The notes: a model not told the origin generated them from the sequence alone. Counted from the whole stretch's first letter, positions 12,006 through 25,068 are shown. The stretch is DNA of 63,287 bases, filler included, from Octopus bimaculoides (GCF_001194135.2; 6 parts of 4 records of this genome joined end to end with filler, not necessarily neighbours in it), one strand, 5' to 3'. Made by a program: numbers and translations.

Positions 12006-12911
12006 GAAATATACATAGTAGATATCATAACCCCATATCCACAGTTTACACAGGTAGAGTCGAATTGTTAGTGGGCTGTTATGTAGATAGATGTATGTGT
12101 GTGTGGGTGGGTGTATGTATGTATGTATGTATGTGTATATCCACATGTATGCAAGCATATGGATATGAAAATAAACAGATCAATGTACAGACGGATAGGT
12201 ATATAGGTTATATGAACAGACAAGCACACATACGCAAATGGAAACTGAAACACATAACCATATATATATACACACTTTACTTCACACAAGAACACATACG
12301 GAGACATGTGTTCATACATATGGAGATGTACATCCATACATACAAACACGGCACATAGTTACAAAACACACACACTCAGATATGCACACACAAGGAGACA
12401 GAGGTGCATACATATATAAACACACGCACACACACATACATAAAAAACGCACAAACACGGACACGCAAGCACATGAATATGCAGAATACATACGCACAGA
12501 TGCACACACATACATACATATGCATACACACACATATATACATACATAAACACATACATACATGCATGCATAGGCACACACACATATGCGCACAAACAAA
12601 CAAAAAAGAACGCAGTGTAAATAACAGAGTCAAGACTATTGAAAAGGTTGCAGGACGCAACAAAAATTTTAGGAAAATAAAAATAAGAAATAAGTGGAAA
12701 TTTTACCAGTGAGTGTGTTAAATTATAAGGCACAAAAAGAAAAAGACTCTCCCCAGACACAACAGAATATGCTTCAACACACGAACTCACATAAAGAATC
12801 TTGCAAACCAANNNNNNNNNNNNNNNNNNNNNNNNNNNNNNNNNNNNNNNNNNNNTTAATTAATTAANNNNNNNNNNNNNNNNNNNNNNNNNNNNNNNNN
12901 NNNNNNNNNNN

Positions 12912-13712
12912 GGTTCTTATTTCATTGATCCCGAAAGGATTAAAGACAAAGTCGACATCAGCAGAATTTGAACTCAGAACATCTAGACGAAATGCCGCTA
13001 AGCATTTTGCCCGGCATGCTAACGATTCTGCTAGCTCCCTGCCTTATAGTGCCACTTACATTCTTTTCTACTCTAGGTACAAGGCCCTAAATTTTGGGGG
13101 AGGGGACCAGTCGATTAGATCGATCCTAGTACGCAAATGGTACTTAATTTATCGACTCCGAAAGGATGAAAGGCAAAGTAGACCTCGGCAGAATTTGAAC
13201 TTAGAACATAAAGACAGACGAAATGCCTCTAAGCATTTCGCTCGGCGCGCTAACGTTTCTTATTTCTTTATTGCCCACAAGGGGCTAAACATAGAAGGGA
13301 CAAACAAGGACAGACAAAGGGATTAAGTCGATGACATCGATCCCAGTGCGTAACTGGTACTTAATTTATCGACCCCGAAAGGATGAAAGGCAAAGTAGAC
13401 CTCGGCAGAATTTGAACTTAGAACATAAAGACAGACGAAATGCCTCTAAGCATTTCGCTCGGCGCGCTAACGTTTCTTATTTCTTTATTGCCCACAAGGG
13501 GCTAAACATAGAAGGGACAAACAAGGACAGACAAACGGATTAAGTCGATGATATCGACCCCAGTGCGTAACTGGTACTTAATTCATCGACCCCGAAAGGA
13601 TGAAAGGCAAAGCTGACCTCGGCGGAATTTGAACTCAGAACGTAACGGCAGACGAAATACGGCTAAGCACTTCGTCCGGCGTACTACCGTTTCCGCCAGC
13701 TCGCCGACTTAG
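12912..13712 (-). mobile_element. SINE-B cluster: one partial copy plus a head-to-tail trimer (period 217 bp)
   Basis: Minus strand ggcgagctggc...gagttcaaattccgccgaggtc..tttgcctttcatcctttcggggtcgat; gaaaggatgaaagg recurs at 13160, 13377 and 13594. Confidence 0.9.
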
Positions 13713-14262
13713 TGCCACTTATATTGAGATCAGACCCAGTCTACGCGGTTGCGAAGTGATCTTCTTAACCATACAGTCATATCTTGCCATATCATCCTTT
13801 AATTAAGGTGTTATGGCGTCATATGAGATCATTTGTTTCTTTCTAAAACGTCAAGGCTTCAGTGTTCTCTTTGGCTTCATTGTTAAATGTTGCTGCTGGA
13901 ACCATTGAAAAGTTACCGCGTTTATCCTTAGGCCACCCATCTGCTTTCTATCAAGAAAACTTTTGATCATATAAATCAATCATTGCTGTAGCTTATAGGA
14001 TGAGACTTGTCACTAAAGTTTGTCAAATAATTTTAAGGTTTTCACAATTTTAAAATGAATTATTACATCATATGAGTTGGCTATTAAGATATCTAAGTTC
14101 AACGTTCCTCTGTCCTTCGGCTATATATTATATATATATATATATATCAAAAGAAGCCAATATTTTAATTATAATGAGACTGACATCGCCTTTGTAGTAT
14201 GAAACGAGTTAACCGAGTATCAATAAAAAGTACTGGACTTGCGTGTTAGCGTTTTAGCCCTA

Positions 14263-14790
14263 GATCAGTGACTCTCAACCATATTTTTTTATCTATGGTC
14301 TTCTTTGATTCCTATTTAATTCTGGTGGACACCCATAGCCATTCGATGTTTAAAAACTAGTGTTATAGATACCCCTTTCAAAATTTCTATTTTGTTTTTC
14401 ATACATTAACCCATTCATGCCGATCATCCGTTTAAACTGACCCTTAATTTATAAGGGTATAAAACAAATACTTGATACAAATTGTGATTTGTATATGATC
14501 TGTATCAAAGAATGAAACATGTTCTTAACGCGTATGCAGTCTGTATCAAACGGATTTCAATGAAATTTTTCTCAGTTGTTATTTTGGTCAAAATGATAGC
14601 ATCTGTGAATTTTCAGGCAATTTCATTCACTAGAAAAGTTTCGGCATGAATGGGTTAACCCGTATAAGTTGAACTATGTAAAACGTGTGAGAAAGAAGCC
14701 TAAATGTTTCTTGCAATAAATATATCTAAAGCAAAATTGTTTTCATGGTCCCTTAAAATATCACTGTCGAGCCCCAGTTTACTATTTTGC
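14263..14790. mobile_element. Probable hAT-type MITE, interrupted by a piggyBac-type MITE
   Basis: Begins tag|atcagtgactctcaacc (CAGTG..CTCAAC hAT-like end); the right end is not clearly resolved. Confidence 0.35.
14410..14654. mobile_element. piggyBac-type MITE (245 bp)
   Basis: TTAA at 14406-14409 and 14655-14658; perfect 14-bp TIR CCCATTCATGCCGA / TCGGCATGAATGGG. Confidence 0.85.
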
Positions 14791-15534
14791 TTGCGTAAAC
14801 CCCTAAAAATCTTACATGGACTCACTACTCTGGCTGAACAGGGCAGTGGAAACCACAGCCCTGGCTGAGTAGATTTGTAATTAAAGAGTTTCAACCATGA
14901 CCACCACATCTAACGGTATTATATACTTAGGGTTATATCATTCAATGTGTGCTTCCTTTTAAAGACGTTGGTCTTTAATTAATCGATATTTATCGTGTGC
15001 CTTTGGCTTCGTTTATGTCTCTTAAAGTATGTGGCCAAATCAAGATTGTATTTTTCTGATCATGGTGGATTTTCTCCTCCAAAGTATTTTGGTGTTCCCG
15101 CTAAGAACTGTACTTTCACCGAATTATTTTAGAATTTCTGCGATATCTAGAGACTAATTTTATCACAAAGATCGTAACTTTACCATTTTACGTCATTGTA
15201 TAAAACTTCCATCAGCTGCAGATGAGTAAATTATAATCATAAAAAAAGAAGCTTCTTGTAGCATATCAGAAAGAAAAAAAACAACAAAAACAAACAGAAA
15301 ACAACAAAAACAAACAGAAAACAACAAACATCTTGGATTTTATAGGAAGAAATAGCCGTCATCGTTTTCAGTCGCCAGCATAAAGGTTCGAATCTACATA
15401 TTTCTAGCTGGTTATACATGTGTATGTCCACACCTTCGTATCCGTCTACATCGATTCACGTGTATGGTGGCAAGAAAGCGGAGTGCAGTGCACGAAGTTG
15501 TTTAGAGAAAACCAAACATGCAGTGTCTTTTTAT

Positions 15535-15750
15535 CGTTATCCTTTGTTTGTTTCAGTCATTGGGCTGCGGCCATGCTGGAGCACCACTTTGAAGAGTTTA
15601 GGTCGAAGAAATCGAACGCAGTACCTAATTTTAAGCCTGGTACTTATACTACCAAGCTCTTTGCCGAACCATCTAGTTACAGGGACGTAAACAAAACAAC
15701 ACTTGTTGTCAAGCGGTGGTGGGGGCCACCAAACAAGACACAAGCACACA
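15535..15750 (-). mobile_element. SINE-A 3' half
   Basis: tgtttcagtcattgggctgcggccatgctggagcacc...ttgtcaagcggtggtggg. Confidence 0.8.
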
Positions 15751-15789
15751 TACATTACATGCATACTTACATAACTACACCATACACAA

Positions 15790-16461
15790 GAAGGTTTGTG
15801 GTACCATCAGAGTATATTGAATTCCTACCCCAATCTGTGGAAACATCTGAAATTACTTTTGCTTGCCTTCCCTACTTCATACCTGGTTGAATCTGGTTTT
15901 AACCATGCTGGAACTTTATTTTCCCAAAAAAAGAATTGGACTGGATGTGATACGAGGAGACTTGCAGCTAAAGTTGACAAGATTGAAACCGAATGTATCT
16001 GCACTAGCTGCATCGCACCAGACACATGGTTCTCATTAAAAAGTTTTATTCTTTTCCTTTATAATACAATCATTAATTATTTTTGCATCGGTAGTTCTGA
16101 TCGATGGTTCATTCGGAGAAAATAAAAACCAGTGTAAAAGAAAGCGCAAGTTTCCAGAAGTTAATCTCTCTGCATAATATAGAGTTAACGCTAGAATTTT
16201 ATTCACACTAATGGCAAAACTAAATCCACAATAAGGGATTTATAAACAACCGCATATTTAGTCCAAACGGCACTAACAGGGCAACGAGTCTACAATATAG
16301 TGTGTCAAATGATATAAGAGGGGGCAGGTCCTAGAGGATTTTGTGTTGGGGTGGGGGTTGTCAGGTTTTTTTTTTTTTTTTACACAGGTGGGCGATGGAA
16401 CATTTTTGGGCCGATCGGTGGGAAATATTGCAATTTGGCACACAAAGTTTGGGAAACACTG
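15790..16461 (+). mobile_element. hAT (Charlie/Buster-like) transposon 3' end
   Basis: YPNLWKHLKLLLLAFPTSYLVESGF...RLDVIRGDLQLKLTRLKPNVSALAASHQTHGSH* (hAT dimerisation region, frameshifted); ends in TIR aagtttgggaaacactg at 16445-16461. Confidence 0.85.
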
Positions 16462-16764
16462 AATTAGATTGATAAGATATGCACCAACCCATCTGCGTCA
16501 AATTATTCGCTGGATTTAGATTCTTACAGGGGTGGGGGAAACTACTTTCATAAATTCAGCATTGCAGATGATCAGGTATCTGGGATGACTGAAATCTGTA
16601 TTACGACAAGTCAATTTCGTATCTCAGGTTTTCCTTTTTATTGTTCTTAAAATTTGAAGGTCAAATACGATGACGAAAGGTAGAAATGTTTTTTGTAACC
16701 TTATCACTGAACTGGTGGTGATTGGTCAAAATTAACTCTAGCACTTCACTCAGGAAAAGAAAAC

Positions 16765-16796
<32 letters not shown>

Positions 16797-17972
16797 CACT
16801 AAATGCACAAGTATATAAATAACTAGCTAACAAACTAACTGTTTAAGTAGCTAATTAGCTAGCTAGCTTACTTACTTATTAAATGACCTACTGACAGACT
16901 AATTAATTAATTAATCGTCTAACGAAGTAACAAAATTTCCCGTTACTCGCAATCTAGTATGGCTTCGTAGCAACATGCAAAATGTTTACGGTTCTCTTTT
17001 AGTTGGTCATGTGATGATCACAAGGAGATGTGGACATCTTCGTGACCTTCGCATCTTTGAATAATCGAGACCGCAAAGATGTTGCGGCAAGAAGACGGAA
17101 GGCTGCACCTCAGTATTTCGGCTGCTAATTTATTTTGTATCGACTCCGGAACGACGTCAGGCAAAGCTGACATTGGTAGGATTCGAACTCGGAACTTAAA
17201 CAACCGGAATAAATACAGCACAGCCTTAAACGATGCTTACAATTCACCGCCTAAACGCGCCCGTGCACACACACACACATGCATACTTCTACATACATAT
17301 ACACATAGAAAAATACATGCGTACATGCATACTCACGCACGCATACACACACGCACTCACGCACACGCATGCACACGCACACGTATGCACATACGCACGC
17401 ACACGCATACACATACGCACACGCATACGCATGCATATACATATACATACATAGACATGCATATATATAGATATACACACACGCATACATACAATTTGGT
17501 CTAAGATCAGGAAAGAAAAAAAAAAGCGAAAGGTTTTCCCCCATAATGCATCATGTCTAAATACAACCAGGAAGAAATACTATATCAAGTTCGACAGTAA
17601 AATTTACGTAATCATCTTTGAAACTGTTAGCGAAGCTGCGGGAAAGCTGCATAATGAGAAGACGCCAGGGAGGGATCTAATAACCCTCAACTATTAGATC
17701 TGGTACAAAATGTTGACTTTCTTTCGAAAGTCACTCATGTGTATATTTAAAAGAACAACCAAGGCAAAGCTAACATGAGATTGGCTTGCCATAGCACAAG
17801 CAAATCTTGTAAGCAACAATGAAAGAACGACTTGATTACAGAGAGGCGGTTCGTTCTATACTTCATCCATAGCTTCTGGAATCACTGTCTTTGAGAAAAG
17901 TACTTGTTCTAGTAGCTGCCATTGAAAACTTTGCAAAAGCCCAGATTATAAATTCAAATTTATACCAACGAT

Positions 17973-18336
17973 GGAGGCGCAATGGCCCAGTGGTTAGGAT
18001 CGCGGTTTCGATTCCCAGACCGGGCGTTGTGAGTGTTTATTGAGCGAAAACACCTAAAGCTCCACGAGGCTCCGGCAGGGGATGGTGACGAACCCTGCTG
18101 TACTCTTTCACCACAACTTTCTCTCACTCTTACTCCCTGTTTCTGTTGTGCCTGTAATTCAAAGGGTCAGCCTTGTCACACTGTGTCACGCTGAATCTCC
18201 CCGAGAACTACGTTAAGGGTACACGTGTCTGTGGAGTACTCAGCCACTTGCACGTTAATTTCACGAGCAGGCTGTTCCGTTGATCGGATCAACTGGAACC
18301 CTCGACGTCGTAAGCGACGGAGTGCCAACAACAACA
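17973..18336 (+). mobile_element. SINE-C (tRNA head, (CAA)n tail) with TSD
   Basis: A box tggcccagtggtt, B box gtttcgattccc; 11-bp TSD ataccaacgat at 17962-17972 and 18337-18347; homologous to 56331-56718. Confidence 0.9.
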
Positions 18337-18509
18337 ATACCAACGATAATTGTTACACACAGTTTTGTGAGTAAATGTTTAAGCTAAAAATCTGAAAGAT
18401 TTAGGGTTTGCAGAAAAAGAAATCAACCAGCTTACACGTACATTGTAAATACAACCAGTAAATGTAACAGTAAAAACATGCAAGACTTTTTTCAAGTTAA
18501 AAAATGTAA

Positions 18510-18996
18510 CATACTGCATCGTAAAATCTATTTGCTAACGTAAGGTGGCAGTCCTGCGTAGGATCATGTCACTACCTTTTAATCTCAGGAAAACATCTTT
18601 ACCAGCTGGTTATCGACGCAAAACTTGTGTCTGAAATATACCGTGAGCAAGGGAGAGTACTACTCCCTCTTAGCTACAAGAAGTACCAACTGACCAATGG
18701 TTTCTGGGTAATTTTCCGTCCTTGGTGTTGGACGACCCCCGGTCAGAGATGGCAGCTTCGACCCTTCTCATAATATATAAATATAGAAGTGACAGAGAAT
18801 CACTGATCTCGTAATGAGTAAAACATCTAGTTTTAAAACTCTGAATGAGATCTTAGTAACTATACTACATAGTAAAATCTATTTACCAACGCAAGATGAC
18901 AGTCCTGCGTAGAACCATGTTACTACCTTTTAACCCCAGGAAAACATCCTCTCCAACTGGTTATCGACACACAATATGTGTCTGAAATATACTGTA
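18510..18996 (-). repeat. Partial tandem repeat (period 351 bp) carrying decayed hammerhead HH4 at 18686-18731
   Basis: ~135 bp direct repeat at 18510-18644 and 18862-18996; minus strand reads ccaac a-ccaagga-cggaaaattaccca-GAAAC-c att g-GTC-a gttgg. Confidence 0.55.
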
Positions 18997-19019
18997 CACA
19001 CACGTGTGTGTATGTGTGT

Positions 19020-19222
19020 GTGTGTTTGTCCCCCACCACCGCTTGACAACCGGCGTTGGCGTGTTTATGTCCGCGTAAATTAGCGTTTCGGCAAAACAGA
19101 CCGATAGAATAAGTACCAGGCTAAAAGAAAATCCTGGAGTCAATTTATTCGACTGAAACCCTCCAAAGCAGTGCTCCATCATGGCCGCAGTCAGACGACT
19201 GAAACAAGTAAAAGATAAGATA
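19020..19222 (+). mobile_element. SINE-A 3' half
   Basis: cgcttgacaaccggcgttgg...ccatcatggccgcagtcagacgactgaaacaagtaaaaga. Confidence 0.8.
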
Positions 19223-19748
19223 GCTAGTACACACTTATGCATGTATGTCAATTGTTATATCACGTCACGTTTTCAAGGTTATGCGTTTGCTGTGCAAGAG
19301 GTGAAAACAGAAAATATCTGAATAAAAAACAGCGAAGCCCTTAACCCCACAAGATACAACCAAAATTTAAAATTTCAAATGGCTGTTGAAAAGTTCCTGG
19401 CCTTAAGGGTTTCGCGAAAGGCCTGGCTGGAAGCCCAACCTTCCGAGTTCTTTTACAAGGCTTAGAAAAACCGAAGGACCGCTGCAATAAGTGTGAATCT
19501 GAGAGGGGATGATGTTGAATGAAATCATTACTAACTGATCTTCCTGTATTTTCTTTTACCCAAAGCCAGAAACTTTTCAGCACTACCTCGTATGTCTGTG
19601 GAAAGTATACATGTAATCAACAGTTGACTGAAAATGCTATCAAAATATAACTTACCGATAAAGAATGCTATTGTTGCTAAAACAATATAAAATTCCTCTC
19701 ACGTGGAAGATTATCTTGGTATAAAGTTTCAAAAGCTTAAGAAATATA

Positions 19749-20162
19749 GGCGTAGGAGTGGCTGTGTGGTAAGTAGCTTGCTTACCAACTACATGGTTCC
19801 GGATTCAGTCCCACTGCGTGGCACCTTGGGCAAGTGTCTTCTACTATAGCCTCGGGCCGACCAAAGCCTTGTGAGTGGATTTTGGAGATGGAAACTGAAG
19901 GAAGCCCGTCGTATATATGTATATGTAGGTATGTGTGTGTATATGTTTGTGTGTCTGTGTTTGTCCCACCCAATATCGCTTGACAACCGATGCTGGTGTG
20001 TTTACGTCCCCGTAACTTAGCGGTTCGGCCCAAGAGACCGATAGAATAAGTATTAGGCTTACAAAAGAATAAGTCCTGGGGTCGATTTGCTCGACTAAAG
20101 GCGGTGCTCCAGCATAGCCACAGTCAAATGACTGAAACAAATAAAAAGAGAAAAAGAGTAAA
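19749..20162 (+). mobile_element. SINE-A, full length (tRNA head, internal microsatellite, second domain, (AAAAGAGT)n tail)
   Basis: A box tggctgtgtgg, B box ggattcagtccc, ccttgggcaagtg segment, (TG/TA)n spacer at ~19912-19960. Confidence 0.9.
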
Positions 20163-20711
20163 AATAATATTGGAATCTTGCAGTCAAAAACATAAGCCAA
20201 TTGCAAATGCCGTAAGTCCAATGCTGTTCTGGGTACAAAGGAGGAAAAAAATGCACAACTACAGAAATCAGTAACACTGCAATTGAAAGGAATATGAGAA
20301 AACTATTCATATTTTTTTCAAAACCAGTGAGGACGGTAATATTCATTCATTCATATCTGTCTGTATATTCATATATATTCATATATATTCATTCATTCAT
20401 ATATGTGTGTCTGTCTGTCTCAATCGATCAATAGTTATGGCCAGTTATAGTGTCTATAGGTTTTGCACATATAAAGCGCTTAGCAGTATATGCATCTCAA
20501 ATGGCTGGAGGCGCCTTCAGCCATTTGAGTTTGCTGAGTCACCACCTGTACTGCTAAGCGCTTCATAGGGTCGAAACCAATGTCATTTTATAACCGGCCA
20601 TAACTTTTAACTTCCTAAAAATACTATATATCACTGTTCTAATGCTTTAGAGTGTACTTCTTCTTTGTCGGATATATGAACTGCTGACGATATCTGGGAT
20701 ACATCTATCTA

Positions 20712-20760
<49 letters not shown>

Positions 20761-20761
<1 letters not shown>

Positions 20762-20962
20762 TTACTCTTTACTTGCTTCAGTCATTTGACTGCGGCCATG
20801 CTGGAGCACCGCCTTTATAGTCGAGCAAATCGACCCCCAGGACTTATTCTTTGGAAGCCTAGTACTTATTCTATCGGTCTCTTTTTGCTGAACCGCTAAG
20901 TTACAGGGACGTAAACACACCAGTATCGGTTGTCAAACGATGATGGGGGGACAAATACACAC
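20761..20962 (-). mobile_element. SINE-A 3' half running into a scaffold gap
   Basis: cttcagtcatttgactgcggccatgctggagcaccgcc...ggttgtcaaacgatg. Confidence 0.85.
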
Positions 20963-21290
20963 AAACATATATATATATATATNNNNNNNNNNNNNNNNNN
21001 NNNNNNNNNNNNNNNNNNNNNNNNNNNNNNNNNNNNNNNNNNNNNNNNNNNNNNNNNNNNNNNNNNNNNNNNNNNNNNNNNNNNNNNNNNNNNNNNNNNN
21101 NNNNNNNNNNNNNNNNNNNNNNNNNNNNNNNNNNNNNNNNNNNNNNNNNNNNNNNNNNNNNNNNNNNNNNNNNNNNNNNNNNNNNNNNNNNNNNNNNNNN
21201 NNNNNNNNNNNNNNNNNNNNNNNNNNNNNNNNNNNNNNNNNNNNNNNNNNNNNNNNNNNNNNNNNNNNNNNNNNNNNNNNNNNNNNNNNN

Positions 21291-21333
<43 letters not shown>

Positions 21334-23010
21334 CTTTTGTCTCTCTGTCTGTCTGTTCCCAATGCATTCTCAAACGGCTCACTCAGATCAAATTTTACAT
21401 GGTAATACTATCAGACCCCGTGAGTGTCAACATGTATTTTTTTTGTTTTGTAATTTGGATTAAAACAATGCAACATCGGTACTGGTTCGGTATTACGTGT
21501 CAAAAGTGAAAGAATAAGATCAATATTGCAATGTGATATAATGTTTCACTTTTATACTTTTACTTTTAATTCTAATTATGACGACGACTTCACATACTTG
21601 TATAGGACTGTGTTTCAGTCTGTGAATATGTGTGTAAATGTATGAGTGTGTATATGTCTCACTGTGTGTCTTTCCGCGTTAGGTACGTTATGAAACATAC
21701 TATATGTGAGGATTGTCAATACGAAATTTTATTTTAATTTCGATTAAAACAATATGACATTTCATAGAGATTATCTTTTTGTCAACAGGACATTTTATAC
21801 CACAACGACATCATATTCTGTATATGACTGTAACTGTCTGTGAGCTTGTGTAAGTGTATGAGTGTGTATATGTCTCATAGTGTGTGTCTTTCCGCGTTAG
21901 GTACGCTATTTAACATACACACATCTACACATACATATACATATGTAACGGCTGACATGCGTGAATGTATGTTTCTGTGTGGCTATCTTAGTATATGTAT
22001 GTGAGTGTATGTTAGGAACATTTTATACCACGACGGCGTCACATTTAGTATATGACTGTACATCTGTCTTTGAGTGTATGAGTAACTATGTGTGTGCGTG
22101 TGTGTGTGTGTGTGTGTGTTTGCTTTACGTACGTTATTAAACACACACACATCTACACATCTGTGTGACGACTGAGATGCCTGAATGTGTGTATGCGAGT
22201 GCTAGTGGTGAAATTCTTGAAAAAAAAAGATAATGAGGTGGCAAGGTCCAAGATATAGGATAAAAATACTCATTTACTGTTCCGTTATCAGTTAATAATT
22301 ATCGCGGCATTTGTAAGGTTGCAAAGTATTTACAATTGCATATTTACCCTTACATTAAGAAATTTATATATATATATATATATATAATACTTTGTCTCTC
22401 TGTAATAATTATTGTGGCATTTACCGTTAAATAAGCAGTTCCATAAATGTGCCTCTATTTCGTTCATTTGCTTGTATTTCATTAATTTACACTCCATACA
22501 AAAATACAGACATACTATATACATACCACGGGGTAAGCCATTATGCCTTATTTTTTTAAGTAATTCATTACTACATATTCTCATGTGACTGCATAGGCTC
22601 ACTTTATGTTTCTTATTCTACAGCCACACCAGCAACCCAATGTCAACCCTTCACCTTCTGCAACATTTCAACAGTTCACTTCCCTGTTGCCGTCTCCCAT
22701 TTCCGGAACGTACCCATTTACGTCCAATATTTCCGTTACACCTCCATTCATTTAACTGTCAACCATACGATGGGGTCATGTTAGATGCAGCGCTGACTGC
22801 CTCAAAGGCGAGTCTATCCACTGACAGCTTTTCGGTGGGTTCACAAATTGCATACCACCCCACTCTCAGTTTTCCATGATAGGTTAGGGTCTGCAATCCT
22901 CCAAACGGACGTATTACATGTCACTTAATCGAATTAGACCATCATTTACTCCATAAATGTTTTGTCGACAATGTTGCACTTTCCCGCATCACCTGTTTCA
23001 ACATAACTAA

Positions 23011-23068
<58 letters not shown>

Positions 23069-23182
23069 CACACACACATACATACATACATACAAACACA
23101 CAAACTATACCATTTTAATCCCGAGCAACGCCGGGTATCTCTGCTAGTATATATATATATATATATATATATATGTCGTTTA

Positions 23183-23358
23183 TTTTTTACTCATTTCATT
23201 CATTCGACTGCGGCCATGCTGGGGCACCGCCTTGAAGAATTTTAGTCGGACAAATCGACACCAGAAGTTATTTTATGAAAGCCTGGTACTTACTCTATCG
23301 ATGCTTTTGCGGAACCGCTAAGTTACGGTGATGCAACCACATTAACGCCAGTTATCAA

Positions 23359-23402
<44 letters not shown>

Positions 23403-23572
23403 TATATGTACGATGAGGTTCTTTCAGTTTCCGTCTATCAAATCCACTTGCAAAGCTTTGATCAGCCCGAGGGCTATAGTAGACTTTCCCAAGGTGACAC
23501 GCAGTGGACCTGAACCCGGAACCATGTGGTTCAGAAGGAAACTCTTTACAATACAGCCACGCCTGCGCCTAT
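23183..23572 (-). mobile_element. SINE-A, near full length, with expanded internal (CA)n
   Basis: Both halves present; (CA)n at ~23359-23399; ends cagccacgcctgcgccta. Confidence 0.85.
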
Positions 23573-24392
23573 ATAAATATGAAGATATAGATGAACGCGC
23601 GCGCACACACTAACACAGTCACGTATATATATATATATACAAACATGCATACGTACATCGATAACATATTCATACCTACGTACATACTTACACATGCATA
23701 TATATGTACAAAGAATACATACACACACATGTATACAGAGATAAAGATAGAAAAGTAGAGAAATAGAGGAGAGAGAGAGAGAGATGTACGTACACTCGTA
23801 TGCATCAATATGCGTGTGTATATTTGTCTATGTACGAACGCCTATTTGTATGACTGCATAGTTGTGTACGCACACACATGCATAAATTCATGCATGCATA
23901 AATTCATTCTTTCATACATATATATATATATATATACACATACACGCTTACATATATGCACACACCCATATCTACATACAAATACATGCATATTACACGC
24001 ATACATACATATATAAATTCATTTTCATACATATATCCACACACACACACATTTACAGACATACATGCGTATTACATGCATACATGAATGCATAAATTCA
24101 TTCTTTCATACATACATGCACGAAAATACACATACATACATGCACACACACATTCATACACACTTACATACATGCACACACACATACACACATATATCTT
24201 AACGCACATACATACATGCATATTACATGAACACATGCATACATAAATTCATTTTCATACATACATGCACACATACATACACATATCTAAATGCACACAC
24301 ACATCCATGCATATTACATGCATACATAAATTCATTGTTTCGTACACAGATACGCACTTACATTCATACATGCGCCCGCTCGCTCTCTCTCA

Positions 24393-24495
<103 letters not shown>

Positions 24496-24859
24496 TGCAT
24501 TGGGCATTGTTAAACAGATAAACATTGAAGTACTGCAAGCTTGACTGATAAGAGAACATAGACAATGTCGTAGACGTGTGTCTGCGCGTACGTTTGAACA
24601 AATAAACTGCTGCGTAGGTGTGCGTGCGCGCGCACATTTACGCGTATGTGTGTGTGTGTGTGTGTGTATTATGTGTGTCAATTTGTGTTTGTAACTGTGT
24701 TTGTGTATGTGTGTTTGCTGCACACGCCGAAACGTGGTCCACATTTGTCAAGCTAATTTTGTAGAAGCTATTGAAACTAAATAATAGGAGTGTTAAAAAG
24801 GCAACAAGATAAATGTGAATGTGACAAGAAGCAAACCATTGAAAGGAATTATTAGCGAA

Positions 24860-24898
<39 letters not shown>

Positions 24899-24993
24899 GG
24901 GGGGGAGAAGGAAAGATGGAAGAAGAATGACAGTGTATGCTTGCGTGTGTGTCAATGTGTATACGTGTGGGTATGCTTGTGTATAAGCGTATG

Positions 24994-25028
<35 letters not shown>

Positions 25029-25068
25029 CTCTATTATGTGTTTGTGTGAATTTTTGCTTTGCTTTCAG

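Noticed and set aside
12812-12911. TTAATTAATTAA centred in 100-bp N runs (also at 41014, 50420, 54290 and 60210)
   Set aside because: Identical 44N-12mer-44N layout; a six-frame-stop linker inserted by the assembly pipeline at unsized gaps, not biology.
19749-19830. tRNA-like A/B boxes in SINE heads
   Set aside because: They belong to SINEs; no standalone cloverleaf tRNA gene was found.
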